A stretch of DNA of 64,000 bases. Origin: an uncultured Candidatus Saccharibacteria bacterium. GTDB taxonomy: Bacteria; Patescibacteriota; Dojkabacteria; SC72; JAFGCJ01. The stretch is from NCBI GenBank assembly GCA_964481345.1, contig CAYZTC010000001.1, forward strand, positions 71,766 to 135,765, in the 5' to 3' direction. This document shows, one piece after another, positions 18,843-28,596 of this stretch. Made by a program: the position numbers and the translations under genes. Under the pieces are notes generated by a model, which saw nothing but the letters and a program-made list of their open reading frames with translations, was not told the DNA's origin and did not search any database. Numbering within the stretch: position 1 is the first letter of the stretch; each line of letters begins with the position of its first letter.

Positions 18843-18932
18843 TTCTATTTATTAATCATTTCGGCGAACTCTGGACCTCGCTCTGCGAGGGATAGAGGCA
18901 GCCGAATACTTCATGGTCCCCTCTAACTCATA

Positions 18933-19205
18933 CTAGCTGCCTATTAAGCCGATAAACTGTTCTCTCAGTTTTTCAGGAACATCTTTCACACTCCCAATCT
19001 TCTTAAACAATCCCTTTTTCACTGCCAAATCATAGCACTCAACATTTTTGCACAGGTTCATTCCCCTTCCAGGCATATCTCCCTTTTCATCCAAAACCAA
19101 CACTCCATCCTTATTTCTAAAAGTCACAACTTCTTTCTTTTCTACTCTTTTTCTACATCCCACGCAAGTTCTTAGTCCTTTGGTATCGGTTCTAACCTTT
19201 TTCAA
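18933..19205 (-). CDS. ylxR: YlxR/DUF448 RNA-binding protein
   Basis: RTCVGCR...GRGMNLC; between nusA and infB. Confidence 0.88.
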   Translation of the reverse strand: MKKVRTDTKGLRTCVGCRKRVEKKEVVTFRNKDGVLVLDEKGDMPGRGMNLCKNVECYDLAVKKGLFKKIGSVKDVPEKLREQFIGLIGS

Positions 19206-19286
19206 TGACTTAATAATACTAATTTAATACCACTAATCTCAGCGTAGTCATAAAGTGAGTTTACTCTACTTTATGGCAAAGACAAA

Positions 19287-20696
19287 TTACTTCGGCGTAG
19301 TCGTAGACGGAGCCGAATCTCCATCTTTAACCGGCTCCTCCTTTTCTTCATTAACTTCTCCGCCTTTGGCAGATTTTTTCTCTTTCTTTTCCTTTGCAAC
19401 GGTTTCATCATTTTCAGTAGCGTCTGATGCAGGAGAACCATTTTTGCGCTTGTTTTCAGTTTCATTCGCTTTATCTTCAAGTACTTCCTCTTTCTTTTTT
19501 TCCGTTTTCATAACCTTTTGAAACTTCTTAATTTCCTCAAGAGCTCTCTTCCCAATACCTTTTATGTCGAGTATTTCTTTCTCCTCCATTTTCAATACAT
19601 CATCAAGTTTAATCTCTGCCTTCTCTAGTGCAGTCAGTACTCTTGAAGATATTACCGCCTGCCCATCCTGAATCTCTTTAAGGCCTGGGGAAACAATATC
19701 AATCTTTTTACTCGTCAACTTTGCAGCCAGTCTTACATTCTGACCCTCTTTACCAATAGCTAAGGACAGTTGATCATCAGATACCTCTACTGTTGCAACA
19801 CCATCTTCAAGCTTCACTGAACTAACCTGTGCAGGACCAAGTGCCTTTGATATAAAATCAGATTCTTCTTCTGCCCATTCGATTATGTCTATTTTTTCCT
19901 CACCAACCTCAGACATCACGTTTGCAATTCTTACCCCTCTTTGACCCACACATGATCCAATTGGGTCTATGCCTTCTTGATTCGATTTAACGGCAAGTTT
20001 ACTTCTTGAACCTGCTTCCCTTGCTATTTCCATTATTTCAACAATCCCAGACTCTATCTCAGGTACTTCAAGTTTAAATAGCTCTATAAGAAATTCAGGG
20101 TCTCTTCTCGAAACAATTAGGGTTTCACCCTCCTCAATCTCCTTAACAAGAAACTTATATCTTTCTCCAATTTTGTAGAATTCGTTTGGTATTTGTTCGT
20201 CAGGTGGCATTTGTGCGGTTGCCTTACCAATTTCCACAACTGCAATTGGGCCCATCATTCTTTGGACCATACCTGTTACAACTGTACCTATCTTTTGTGA
20301 AAATTCCTCAATGACAGCGGATTTCTCGGCCTCTCTCATCTTTTGCAAAATGACCTGTTTTGCTGTCTGAGCAGCAATTCTACCAAGATTTTCTACAGGA
20401 AGATCAATTTCAACATGATCACCGACTTTAATGTTTTTTTCTATTCTTTTTGCCTCCTTTAAGGATATCTGACTTTTTTCGTCCTTAACTTTTTTTACAA
20501 CCTCCTTAGCGGCAACAATGTGTACTGTCCCAGTATCTCTTTCTATTTCACACTTTAAATTTTCTGCTTCACCATGCTCTTTTTTATATGCAGTAAGTAC
20601 AGCCTCCTCGAGAGCAAGAAAAACTTCCTCAGAATCAATCCCTCTTTCAGAACAAATTTGATTTACTGCAGCGGCAAATTCAGTTATAACTGCCAT
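19287..20696 (-). CDS. nusA: Transcription factor NusA with C-terminal HhH and charged tail
   Basis: GRIAAQTAKQ, EVPEI, AREAGSRSK, SLAIGKEGQNVRLA. Confidence 0.97.
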   Translation of the reverse strand: MAVITEFAAAVNQICSERGIDSEEVFLALEEAVLTAYKKEHGEAENLKCEIERDTGTVHIVAAKEVVKKVKDEKSQISLKEAKRIEKNIKVGDHVEIDLPVENLGRIAAQTAKQVILQKMREAEKSAVIEEFSQKIGTVVTGMVQRMMGPIAVVEIGKATAQMPPDEQIPNEFYKIGERYKFLVKEIEEGETLIVSRRDPEFLIELFKLEVPEIESGIVEIMEIAREAGSRSKLAVKSNQEGIDPIGSCVGQRGVRIANVMSEVGEEKIDIIEWAEEESDFISKALGPAQVSSVKLEDGVATVEVSDDQLSLAIGKEGQNVRLAAKLTSKKIDIVSPGLKEIQDGQAVISSRVLTALEKAEIKLDDVLKMEEKEILDIKGIGKRALEEIKKFQKVMKTEKKKEEVLEDKANETENKRKNGSPASDATENDETVAKEKKEKKSAKGGEVNEEKEEPVKDGDSAPSTTTPK

Positions 20697-20735
20697 TTCA
20701 TCACAAAATAAAAAATTAAAAAGGGTTATTTAAAT

Positions 20736-20793
20736 AAAAAGGTGAGCATAAACTCACCCCTTCTAAACCACAAGTTCCAGGCGGATTATAGCA
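20736..20793 (-). promoter_or_regulatory. nusA operon promoter and leader hairpin (attenuator-like)
   Basis: Extended -10 TGcTATAAT (20793-20785), then ggtgag-tttatg-ctcacc-ttttt before the nusA ATG; resembles rimP/nusA leaders. Confidence 0.55.
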
Positions 20794-20823
20794 TAAAAAC
20801 GGTTTTACTTGAAAGCCATCAAA

Positions 20824-22023
20824 CTATTTTTTCACAGAAAAATCTTCTTCTTTTGGAATAAAGAATAACAGAGAAAGAATTAACACAACAGCAATAAAAG
20901 CAATCACCACACTGAAATTGTAGTCTGCCAACGCCCCAATTAACGGGTTAACTATTACTAAAAATAGTGTCCTAATCATAGAAATTGCAGATAGTGTGGT
21001 TGCTCGTTCCTTGCTTCCGATATGGACATTTACATATTTTGCAAAAATATTTCTAATACTTAAGCCTACACCCCCCGAGAAGATAACAAATAGTAAGGGC
21101 CCCAGATAGTTGTTAAATACCAATACAAATATGTATCCAAGAGCTATTACAATTGCACTTCCCATAGCAATAACCTTTTTATTCCTTGATTTTTCTAAAG
21201 AGGATATAAATAAATATGCAAGTATTATCTCGCTAATTACAAGTATTATTTTGAATGTACCAAATTGTTCAATCCCTGTTCCAACCCTCTTCATTACCAC
21301 TTGATAAAACCAGATAACAAAATATGAAGCCCAGAACAATATGGACACAAAAAGTGCCATTCTTCTAAGTGCAGCATTATTCTTTAGGTTCCTAAATGAA
21401 TTCTTAAATACCTCTTTGTAATTAGGACGAAGAGACTCTTCCTTAAATTGTTGCGGCTCTTTTACAAAAACCCAAATCACTGTTAACCCAACAAAAAACG
21501 CGATGGAACTGAGTTGTACAAGTTGATTTACATCAAACCTGTTTATCATCACATTTGCAATAAGACCGGTCATCAGCATCCCTGCTAGATGAAAATTTCC
21601 ATCCATTACCATCACCTTTCCAAAGTCTTCCTCGTTATTTGATTCAGCACAAATATCATACATCAAAGCCTCTTTTGCACCAGACTCAAAAGCTTTCCCC
21701 AGAGCAAAAATAATCTCCGCGAGAATAAATATGTGGATATTTGGAAAACTCCCATATACAATCGGTCCAATTGTTAGAAAAAGATAACCGAGAACAACCG
21801 AGAACTTTCTTCCCTTTACATCCCCAATGAGTCCAGTCGGTACTTCAAGAAAAAAGACGGCAAACATGAACCAACTTTGAAGAGATTGTATCTGAAACTG
21901 GTTCAGACCTCCCCAATCCACAAAAAATGGAATCATAAAAATCCCAATAAATTCCATCCCAATTATAAAGGAGGAGATCCACATTAAATATATTCTTTTA
22001 TCGTATTTTAAAAGCTTTTTCAT
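20824..22023 (-). CDS. MFS transporter
   Basis: EVPTGLIGDVKGRK, ERATTLS; about 12 TM segments. Confidence 0.9.
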   Translation of the reverse strand: MKKLLKYDKRIYLMWISSFIIGMEFIGIFMIPFFVDWGGLNQFQIQSLQSWFMFAVFFLEVPTGLIGDVKGRKFSVVLGYLFLTIGPIVYGSFPNIHIFILAEIIFALGKAFESGAKEALMYDICAESNNEEDFGKVMVMDGNFHLAGMLMTGLIANVMINRFDVNQLVQLSSIAFFVGLTVIWVFVKEPQQFKEESLRPNYKEVFKNSFRNLKNNAALRRMALFVSILFWASYFVIWFYQVVMKRVGTGIEQFGTFKIILVISEIILAYLFISSLEKSRNKKVIAMGSAIVIALGYIFVLVFNNYLGPLLFVIFSGGVGLSIRNIFAKYVNVHIGSKERATTLSAISMIRTLFLVIVNPLIGALADYNFSVVIAFIAVVLILSLLFFIPKEEDFSVKK

Positions 22024-22085
22024 AGCATTACCTTTAAGTAATCTTTATATAATAGGGATAACTGAAAGAAAAGTCAAAAATATGC

Positions 22086-23072
22086 CTATAACTCAACAAC
22101 TTCATACTCTTTTCCAAACTTGCAGTATTTAGAGGCATAGTCTATTTGAAGCATTGGGTCTTTGTGGTGGGTCTCTTGAAACACATCCCTGCCCTCATTT
22201 TTATTTATCAAATCAACACTTGCCTTATCAATTGCTACCGGATTGTCTGAAAATAATATTCCAACATCTTTTGCGATATTTCCACCCGCCTCTGACTCAC
22301 AATCACAGTCTTTGGAAATTCTTAACAAGAAATTTATATAGTAAACAGAGCCCTTGAAACTGTTTATAACAGCACATGCCCCCTGGGCAAGTAGATCATC
22401 AAAATATGCCTTTTCTGGAGCAAGACAATTATGTGGACAATTTATTTGACATATGGAGCACCCCCAACATTTCTCGAGATTTATCTTTGCCTTTCCATCT
22501 ACCATCTCAATAGCTTTAGCGGGACACAAATCAGCACACATGCCACATCCTTCACATTCTTTTACAAATTTGGGTTTACATAAATTATGAACTTTCGACT
22601 TTCCCTCAGGTGATAATCCACCCATTCCAAGATTTTTAATAGCACCACCAAACCCTGCACAGGAATGACCTTTCACATGTGAGATCACTAGAACATTACC
22701 AGAGTTTATTAGATCCCTAGAAACAGGTGCAACAAAGTCTTTAGTTTTAACATCTTTATACCTGCCAGATATCACCACGTCTCCAAGCTCCTCATATCCC
22801 CTATCTTTTGCCACCTTTTCATACCCTTCAACCGTACTCCTTGGGGAATTATATGCCACAGGAGTATCCAGCAGTACAACTTCAATATCCTTCTTCTTTA
22901 ACACATCAACCACTGGCTTTATATCCTCAGGAACAAATGCACTTTTATTTCCTGGCTCACCAAAATGAATCTTTATTATGACCTTTGAACCATCTGGAAA
23001 AACATCCTTCAATAGCTTTTCTGAATGGCTTGATAGTTTAGAAATATCTTTTACAAAATAAACTTTTGACAT
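22086..23072 (-). CDS. DUF362 domain / 4Fe-4S protein
   Basis: IKIHFGE, SHVKGH..GFGGAIKNLGMG, two CxxCxxCxxxCP motifs, PVAIDKAS. Confidence 0.88.
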   Translation of the reverse strand: MSKVYFVKDISKLSSHSEKLLKDVFPDGSKVIIKIHFGEPGNKSAFVPEDIKPVVDVLKKKDIEVVLLDTPVAYNSPRSTVEGYEKVAKDRGYEELGDVVISGRYKDVKTKDFVAPVSRDLINSGNVLVISHVKGHSCAGFGGAIKNLGMGGLSPEGKSKVHNLCKPKFVKECEGCGMCADLCPAKAIEMVDGKAKINLEKCWGCSICQINCPHNCLAPEKAYFDDLLAQGACAVINSFKGSVYYINFLLRISKDCDCESEAGGNIAKDVGILFSDNPVAIDKASVDLINKNEGRDVFQETHHKDPMLQIDYASKYCKFGKEYEVVEL

Positions 23073-23087
23073 GAGAGAATTATATCA

Positions 23088-24173
23088 TTAACTCCCAAGC
23101 TTCTCCCAGATTCTCTTATCTTTTCTCCCTACCCTTTTTGGAATATCTACAACCACCCTTACATACTGATCGCCATAACCTTTACTCCCAAGTTTTGGGG
23201 CTCCTTTACCTGACAACCTAAAAATCGAATGAGACTGAGTGCCTTTTGGAATCTTCATGTCAACTTCCCCGTGAATTGTCTTTACTTTCTCTTTTCCTCC
23301 CAGCACTGCCAACTTTACAGGAACATGAACATCTACATAAATATCATCTCCCTTTCTTTCATAATAATCATGTGGCTCAACCTGCAATTCGACATATAAA
23401 TCCCCGTATCCCCCACCATTCCTTCCTGCATTTCCACCATTTCTAAATCTCAAAATCATGCCATCATAGCTCCCCTCTGGTACTTTCACTTTCACATTTT
23501 CAGACTTTTGGATAATTCCATTTCCAGAACATTTATCACATTCTTTTTCAGGTACACGACCCCTACCCTCACACCTTGGACAGTCAGAGATAACGGATAT
23601 TCCACCCAAAAGAGTATTTCTCATCTGCCTAATCCTGCCCCTTCCATTACATTGAGGACATTCTTTATGTTTACCATCCTTTGCACCAGTACCATCACAC
23701 TCTTTACAAACCACATCCCTCTTTATATTTAACTCCACCTCTTTACCCCAAATAGCATTCTCAAAATTCAGCTTAATACCCTCCTTAATATCACTACCCC
23801 TTACAACTTTACTCCTTGTCCTTCCCTCAAACCCAAAATCAAATCCTCCCAAACCACCACCAAAGAAATTGTTTAAAATGTCACTAAGATCTCCCATGTC
23901 AAACGGTGACCTACCAAACCCATTGAATCCTCCACCACCAACAAATCCCTCTGTTCCTGCATGTCCAAACTGATCATATGCCTTTCTTTTCTCATCGTCA
24001 GATAAGACTTCATATGCCTCTCTTACCTCTTTAAACCTATCTTCCGCATCTGGGGAATCGTTGTGATCAGGATGATACTCCTTTGCAAGCTTTCTATATG
24101 ATTTTTTGATTTTCTGGGCAGATGCATCTTTTGACACACCTAGAATATCGTAATAATCTCTCTTATCAGCCAA
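23088..24173 (-). CDS. dnaJ: Chaperone DnaJ
   Basis: J domain with HPD, G/F-rich region, four CxxCxGxG repeats; TTG start. Confidence 0.97.
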   Translation of the reverse strand: MADKRDYYDILGVSKDASAQKIKKSYRKLAKEYHPDHNDSPDAEDRFKEVREAYEVLSDDEKRKAYDQFGHAGTEGFVGGGGFNGFGRSPFDMGDLSDILNNFFGGGLGGFDFGFEGRTRSKVVRGSDIKEGIKLNFENAIWGKEVELNIKRDVVCKECDGTGAKDGKHKECPQCNGRGRIRQMRNTLLGGISVISDCPRCEGRGRVPEKECDKCSGNGIIQKSENVKVKVPEGSYDGMILRFRNGGNAGRNGGGYGDLYVELQVEPHDYYERKGDDIYVDVHVPVKLAVLGGKEKVKTIHGEVDMKIPKGTQSHSIFRLSGKGAPKLGSKGYGDQYVRVVVDIPKRVGRKDKRIWEKLGS

Positions 24174-24194
24174 TCTATAAATACTTTCAAGTTA

Positions 24195-24221
24195 TTGGCA
24201 ATCAAAAGTAATGACTGCTAA
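24195..24221 (-). promoter_or_regulatory. Variant CIRCE operator upstream of dnaJ
   Basis: ttggcaatc-N9-gactgctaa. Confidence 0.8.
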
Positions 24222-24296
24222 CAAAGGATTATACATCAAAAAAATATTTAAGTAACCTTTTAGGCTTTAAGCCAGCCCAAAACATGTTAGAATGAA

Positions 24297-25109
24297 GTGA
24301 TGATAGAAATCACAGATAAAGATAAAGTAGAAAACTCAGACTTTCAAAAAAGAAAAAGAGCTAAAAGAGCAAAACTAGTCTTGTCTGGAGTACTTGCATT
24401 TTCTGGAATAGCAATACTTGTCTCTCAAATAGGTCCATTGATCCATTCATACGTAAATGGAAAAATTCTTGAATCTCAGATCCTTGCACTTAAAGACCCC
24501 GCTCCAACCCAGGAGTTAGAACCTGATGAATCAGAACTCCCCTACTACGACCCAGGACTAAGCTATTTTCAAAATGTGGTTCAACATATCGGAGGAGATA
24601 CAACAGGAAATGTCCTTGGAACTAGAAATACCTCAAGGGATGTAACTATCGATTCTAATTATGACAAACCTATGAATCTTTCAATCTCGAGTATTGGAGT
24701 AGAGGAAGTAAACGTAACTCCAAATGTGGATAGCTTCCAAACTCGTGTCTACAATGATGCACTAATAAATGGACTTGCTCACTTCAAAGGAACTCCACTT
24801 CCTGGAGATGGAGGGAACAGCTTTATCTATGGACATAGTGCTATAGAGTCATTTTTCTCAAGACATCAAAGCGATCCTGAAACAATTTTTTCAAAACTAG
24901 AAAACACAGAACTTTCAGATACGGTCGAAATTACGAAGGATGGATTTACATATAGATATAACGTGATAAAAAAGACTATAATTGATCCTAACGACTTTGA
25001 TATCCTATCTGGGGTACAAGGAAAGGAAACCATAACCCTAATGACCTGTTGGCCGCTAGGGGTTGGAAGTAAAAGATTAATTGTTATTGGAGAAAGAATA
25101 GGTGGATAA
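24297..25109 (+). CDS. Sortase
   Basis: N-terminal TM; GNSFIYGHS, ITLMTCWP, KRLIV (His-Cys-Arg triad). Confidence 0.92.
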   Translation: MMIEITDKDKVENSDFQKRKRAKRAKLVLSGVLAFSGIAILVSQIGPLIHSYVNGKILESQILALKDPAPTQELEPDESELPYYDPGLSYFQNVVQHIGGDTTGNVLGTRNTSRDVTIDSNYDKPMNLSISSIGVEEVNVTPNVDSFQTRVYNDALINGLAHFKGTPLPGDGGNSFIYGHSAIESFFSRHQSDPETIFSKLENTELSDTVEITKDGFTYRYNVIKKTIIDPNDFDILSGVQGKETITLMTCWPLGVGSKRLIVIGERIGG

Positions 25110-26412
25110 AAATAGAAAGCTGATAATCATAGGTATTGCAACAGTATTGATTATCATAGCTATCGTTGGAATACTTATTACTAGAAGATCCAGCTCAAAT
25201 AACCAGTCGGGTGAACAGGTAGAGCTAACATATATCGGACTTTGGGAAAGCAGTAACACTATCCAATCTTTAATAGATGACTTTGAAGAAGAGTACCCAA
25301 ATGTTTCAGTCACATACATCCAAGACAGGATTACACAGTATGAAGATAATATATATGGAAGGTTAAGTGATCCAGAAATTACACCTGACGTGATAAGAAT
25401 TCACAATACCTGGACATACAAATTTGAACATCTACTATCCCCTCTTCCACCAGAAATCATGACGCAAACTGAATATTCAGATATATTTTATCCTACTGCA
25501 CTGGATGATTTTATGGGTACAGATGGCCAAATATATGCAGTACCCCTTACGATTGATGGACTTGCCCTCTTTTATAACAAAGACCTCCTTGAAGAAGAAG
25601 GAATCACTGAACCACCAGAAGATTGGGATACATTTAAAGAGTATGCAACTGACTTAACAAAAACAACCTCAAATGGATTCATCACTCAGTCTGGCGCAGC
25701 TATTGGATGTGCAGGTAATATAAACCACTCAGCAGAATTACTTTCAGCGCTAATGCTTCAAAGCAATGTCAGCATGACATCTAGTGATGATACTCAAGCT
25801 ACATTTAATACATCAAGAGCAGCAAGCGTACTTGAATACTATACAGGTTATGTAACTGAATCTAATGTATGGACGTGTGAGCAAAGAAACGATCTTGAAT
25901 TATTTGCCGCCGGAGATCTTGCAATGATGTTCGGTCCTAGTTGGAGAGTATTTGATATTATCAATATGAATCCATCCATAAATTTTGACACCGCACCTTT
26001 CCCACAGCTCGTGGGTAATACTGAAAATATAAACTTTTCAACATATTGGGGAGAGGCAGTATCTGTACAATCTGAACACCAACTGGAATCATGGCAATTT
26101 GTAAAATTTATGAGTGAGGCAGAGCAGCAGAAGAAGATGTTTTCACTTGCATCACAAGAGCGAACTTTTGGAGAGCCATACTCAAGAACTGACCTTGCAT
26201 CCGAACTTTCTAATACTCAATACGTAGATACCTTTATACTGATGGCGCCATACATGACAAGCTGGAAAATGGGTGATGAAATAACTGCGAAAGATGCACT
26301 TGATGATGCAATTACAGATGTAGTCGAAAGAAATGTTAGAGAAGATCAAGCGCTAGATACAGCAGTTCAAACAATAAATACAAAATTAACAGAGATCTAT
26401 AGTAACCAATAA
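25102..26412 (+). CDS. Extracellular solute-binding protein (carbohydrate ABC family 1)
   Basis: TM anchor; GQIYAVP..LALFYNKDL, PEDWD, FAAGDLAMM. Confidence 0.85.
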   Translation: MDKNRKLIIIGIATVLIIIAIVGILITRRSSSNNQSGEQVELTYIGLWESSNTIQSLIDDFEEEYPNVSVTYIQDRITQYEDNIYGRLSDPEITPDVIRIHNTWTYKFEHLLSPLPPEIMTQTEYSDIFYPTALDDFMGTDGQIYAVPLTIDGLALFYNKDLLEEEGITEPPEDWDTFKEYATDLTKTTSNGFITQSGAAIGCAGNINHSAELLSALMLQSNVSMTSSDDTQATFNTSRAASVLEYYTGYVTESNVWTCEQRNDLELFAAGDLAMMFGPSWRVFDIINMNPSINFDTAPFPQLVGNTENINFSTYWGEAVSVQSEHQLESWQFVKFMSEAEQQKKMFSLASQERTFGEPYSRTDLASELSNTQYVDTFILMAPYMTSWKMGDEITAKDALDDAITDVVERNVREDQALDTAVQTINTKLTEIYSNQ

Positions 26413-26453
26413 ATTTGATGTTATCTTGAAATATAGTATATAGTTTTGTTTAG

Positions 26454-28421
26454 ATGAGAAACCGCCCTACAAGTAAAAAAAAGGCAATAGTAATATCTAC
26501 CTTGCTTATTGCAATCGCAATACCCGCAACAGTACTCGGAACCCAGAAGATTCAAGATATTAGAAACCAAGCAGCGGAGGAAGAAACTGCAATAGATTTT
26601 GCAACTGATTTCAACGCTGACAGCGTCATCAAAGCATACAGTGGGGTTAGATATGAAAAGACTATTCAGCTGAAGGGATACAACGCAAAAAACTCAACCA
26701 TGTATCTAGGTTGTGACCCAGAAAAATGCGGAACACTATGCAACCTAGAACTTCACAATCCACCGTACGGACTTACTATCGGAAGAGATTCAAGAACCGT
26801 CATTTGGGATGACCCCAAAGAAACAGGTGGAAGAGATTCCTGGGATATTACACTAACAGCAGTTGCTCCCAAAATAAACGATAGAGATGAGTTCGACTGT
26901 GCAATTCAAAGATACACACTAAGTCTCTCTGAAAAAACTAAAAATATTCAACCAAGTTGTTCGATTTCGCCGGTACAGTACAGCCTCAATTACATCCCTC
27001 AAAACTATAACCAGGGGTTAATACTTGAGGGGCAGGATATAGATGGGGGAATAGAATCAGCCAGAGTTGAAGTTATCGCACAAAATGGGCAGACAGAAAC
27101 CAAAGCATGGCAATTTGATGGAGATTCATCGATAGTGATAAATAAAGAAAGCAGTCCAGCCTTACTATTCAACATGAACAACCTTGGATCATATGATGTT
27201 AATGCTTATGTAACTGATACAGATGGTATTGAGGTAGAATGCTCTCAGGATAGAAATATTGAGCTTACAATAGTAATTCCGGGAGATAATGGATCTCCTG
27301 AATTTCAGACCGATCCATATACAGATTCTACTCCAGATGTGAGTATTGATGTTGGTGAGTCATATAGATATCAGGCAGAAGCATCAGATCCAAACAGTGA
27401 TGCAATAGATTATTTTGTAATCAATGATACCGGATGGGTAAACTTCACTGTAACTGAAAACGAACCAGGATATTTTGAAGGTCTATTTACTGGTACACCA
27501 AGTCAAAGAGGTGCATATACATTGGTACTCTCTCTAAACGATGGCTATCATAACCACTACTCTACTCAAATATGGGTTGTAGATGTAGGAAACTATGGTA
27601 CTCCAGATGAAGCTCCTGAAGAGCCTGACCTTGATTTATATCCCCAGATTTTAAATGTAAAACCTTTAGAAAAAACTGAAATCTCCGATACGAAGCCACT
27701 TATATCCGCAAGTCTCATCTCAGCTGAAAATAGTACGATAATAGAAGGATCAGTGGAAATTGCACTGAATGACAGTGATATTACTGAGGATTCACAGATT
27801 AGAGGAGGGGGGAAAGAGACAGGATCTGTAACTTACATACCGACCCAACCACTTCATAAAGGTACACACAGAGTCACAATAAGATTCGATGATGAGTCTG
27901 GAAAAACTGTAGAAAAATCCTGGACATTTAGTATTACTTCACAAGAGGATGACATCCCAATACCTACCGAGGAAGGTATAGAAATACTTGGATACGTGAT
28001 CTCCACAAAGATGGCAACGGTACTGTTAATTGGAACTGCTCTTCTCGCCATGGCAATAATCATCCCGTGGATCATGTACTCTTTATGGCAAAGAACACAA
28101 AAGGAAGAGATTAAGACAAAGCCAAGTGGGTATTTCGCTACTCCAACTGAGGCAGAAATTCCACCAGAACCACCGGCAACCCCACCATCAATAGACCAAC
28201 TAATACCAGACGAAAGCCCACAGCCGGATTACTACTCTGGATTCGATGTATCACCGGAAGAAAAAAAGGTACAACCTCTACAGAAGCCTGAACAACAACC
28301 TCCATCAGAAATTCCTACAGCACCAGCACCTCAACCACCAAGTACAACCGAAACTACCAAGACTAACAATACTCAAGAGATAGAACCATCAGAAGAAGTA
28401 AAGGTCAGGGACAAGCCCTAA
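26454..28421 (+). CDS. Surface protein with Ig/cadherin-like domains, C-terminal TM and Pro-rich tail
   Basis: N-terminal anchor plus 'DIRNQA', YRYQAEASDP..GTP repeat, C-terminal TM. Confidence 0.7.
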   Translation: MRNRPTSKKKAIVISTLLIAIAIPATVLGTQKIQDIRNQAAEEETAIDFATDFNADSVIKAYSGVRYEKTIQLKGYNAKNSTMYLGCDPEKCGTLCNLELHNPPYGLTIGRDSRTVIWDDPKETGGRDSWDITLTAVAPKINDRDEFDCAIQRYTLSLSEKTKNIQPSCSISPVQYSLNYIPQNYNQGLILEGQDIDGGIESARVEVIAQNGQTETKAWQFDGDSSIVINKESSPALLFNMNNLGSYDVNAYVTDTDGIEVECSQDRNIELTIVIPGDNGSPEFQTDPYTDSTPDVSIDVGESYRYQAEASDPNSDAIDYFVINDTGWVNFTVTENEPGYFEGLFTGTPSQRGAYTLVLSLNDGYHNHYSTQIWVVDVGNYGTPDEAPEEPDLDLYPQILNVKPLEKTEISDTKPLISASLISAENSTIIEGSVEIALNDSDITEDSQIRGGGKETGSVTYIPTQPLHKGTHRVTIRFDDESGKTVEKSWTFSITSQEDDIPIPTEEGIEILGYVISTKMATVLLIGTALLAMAIIIPWIMYSLWQRTQKEEIKTKPSGYFATPTEAEIPPEPPATPPSIDQLIPDESPQPDYYSGFDVSPEEKKVQPLQKPEQQPPSEIPTAPAPQPPSTTETTKTNNTQEIEPSEEVKVRDKP

Positions 28422-28596
28422 GTATATCAAAAACTACTCTTCTTTATTGTATCTCAGAGGCAGTCTTACCAAAGGTAGACTGCCGTGGAGTCTATCCAGT
28501 AGTTTTACCATGACGTTATTCAACGGCTTGTCCCGCTACGCGATGGCTCTGCAGTGGTTTACCCAGTCGCACTCAACAAGCTATAATCTATATAGC

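Noticed and set aside
28520-28570. c-di-GMP-I or ZTP riboswitch call
   Set aside because: Only fragments match, key helices are missing, and no gene lies downstream on that strand.
28447-28596. N-terminal extension of AlaRS in the ORF track
   Set aside because: AlaRS similarity begins at ATG 28597, which follows a TATAAT; the extension crosses a hairpin region.
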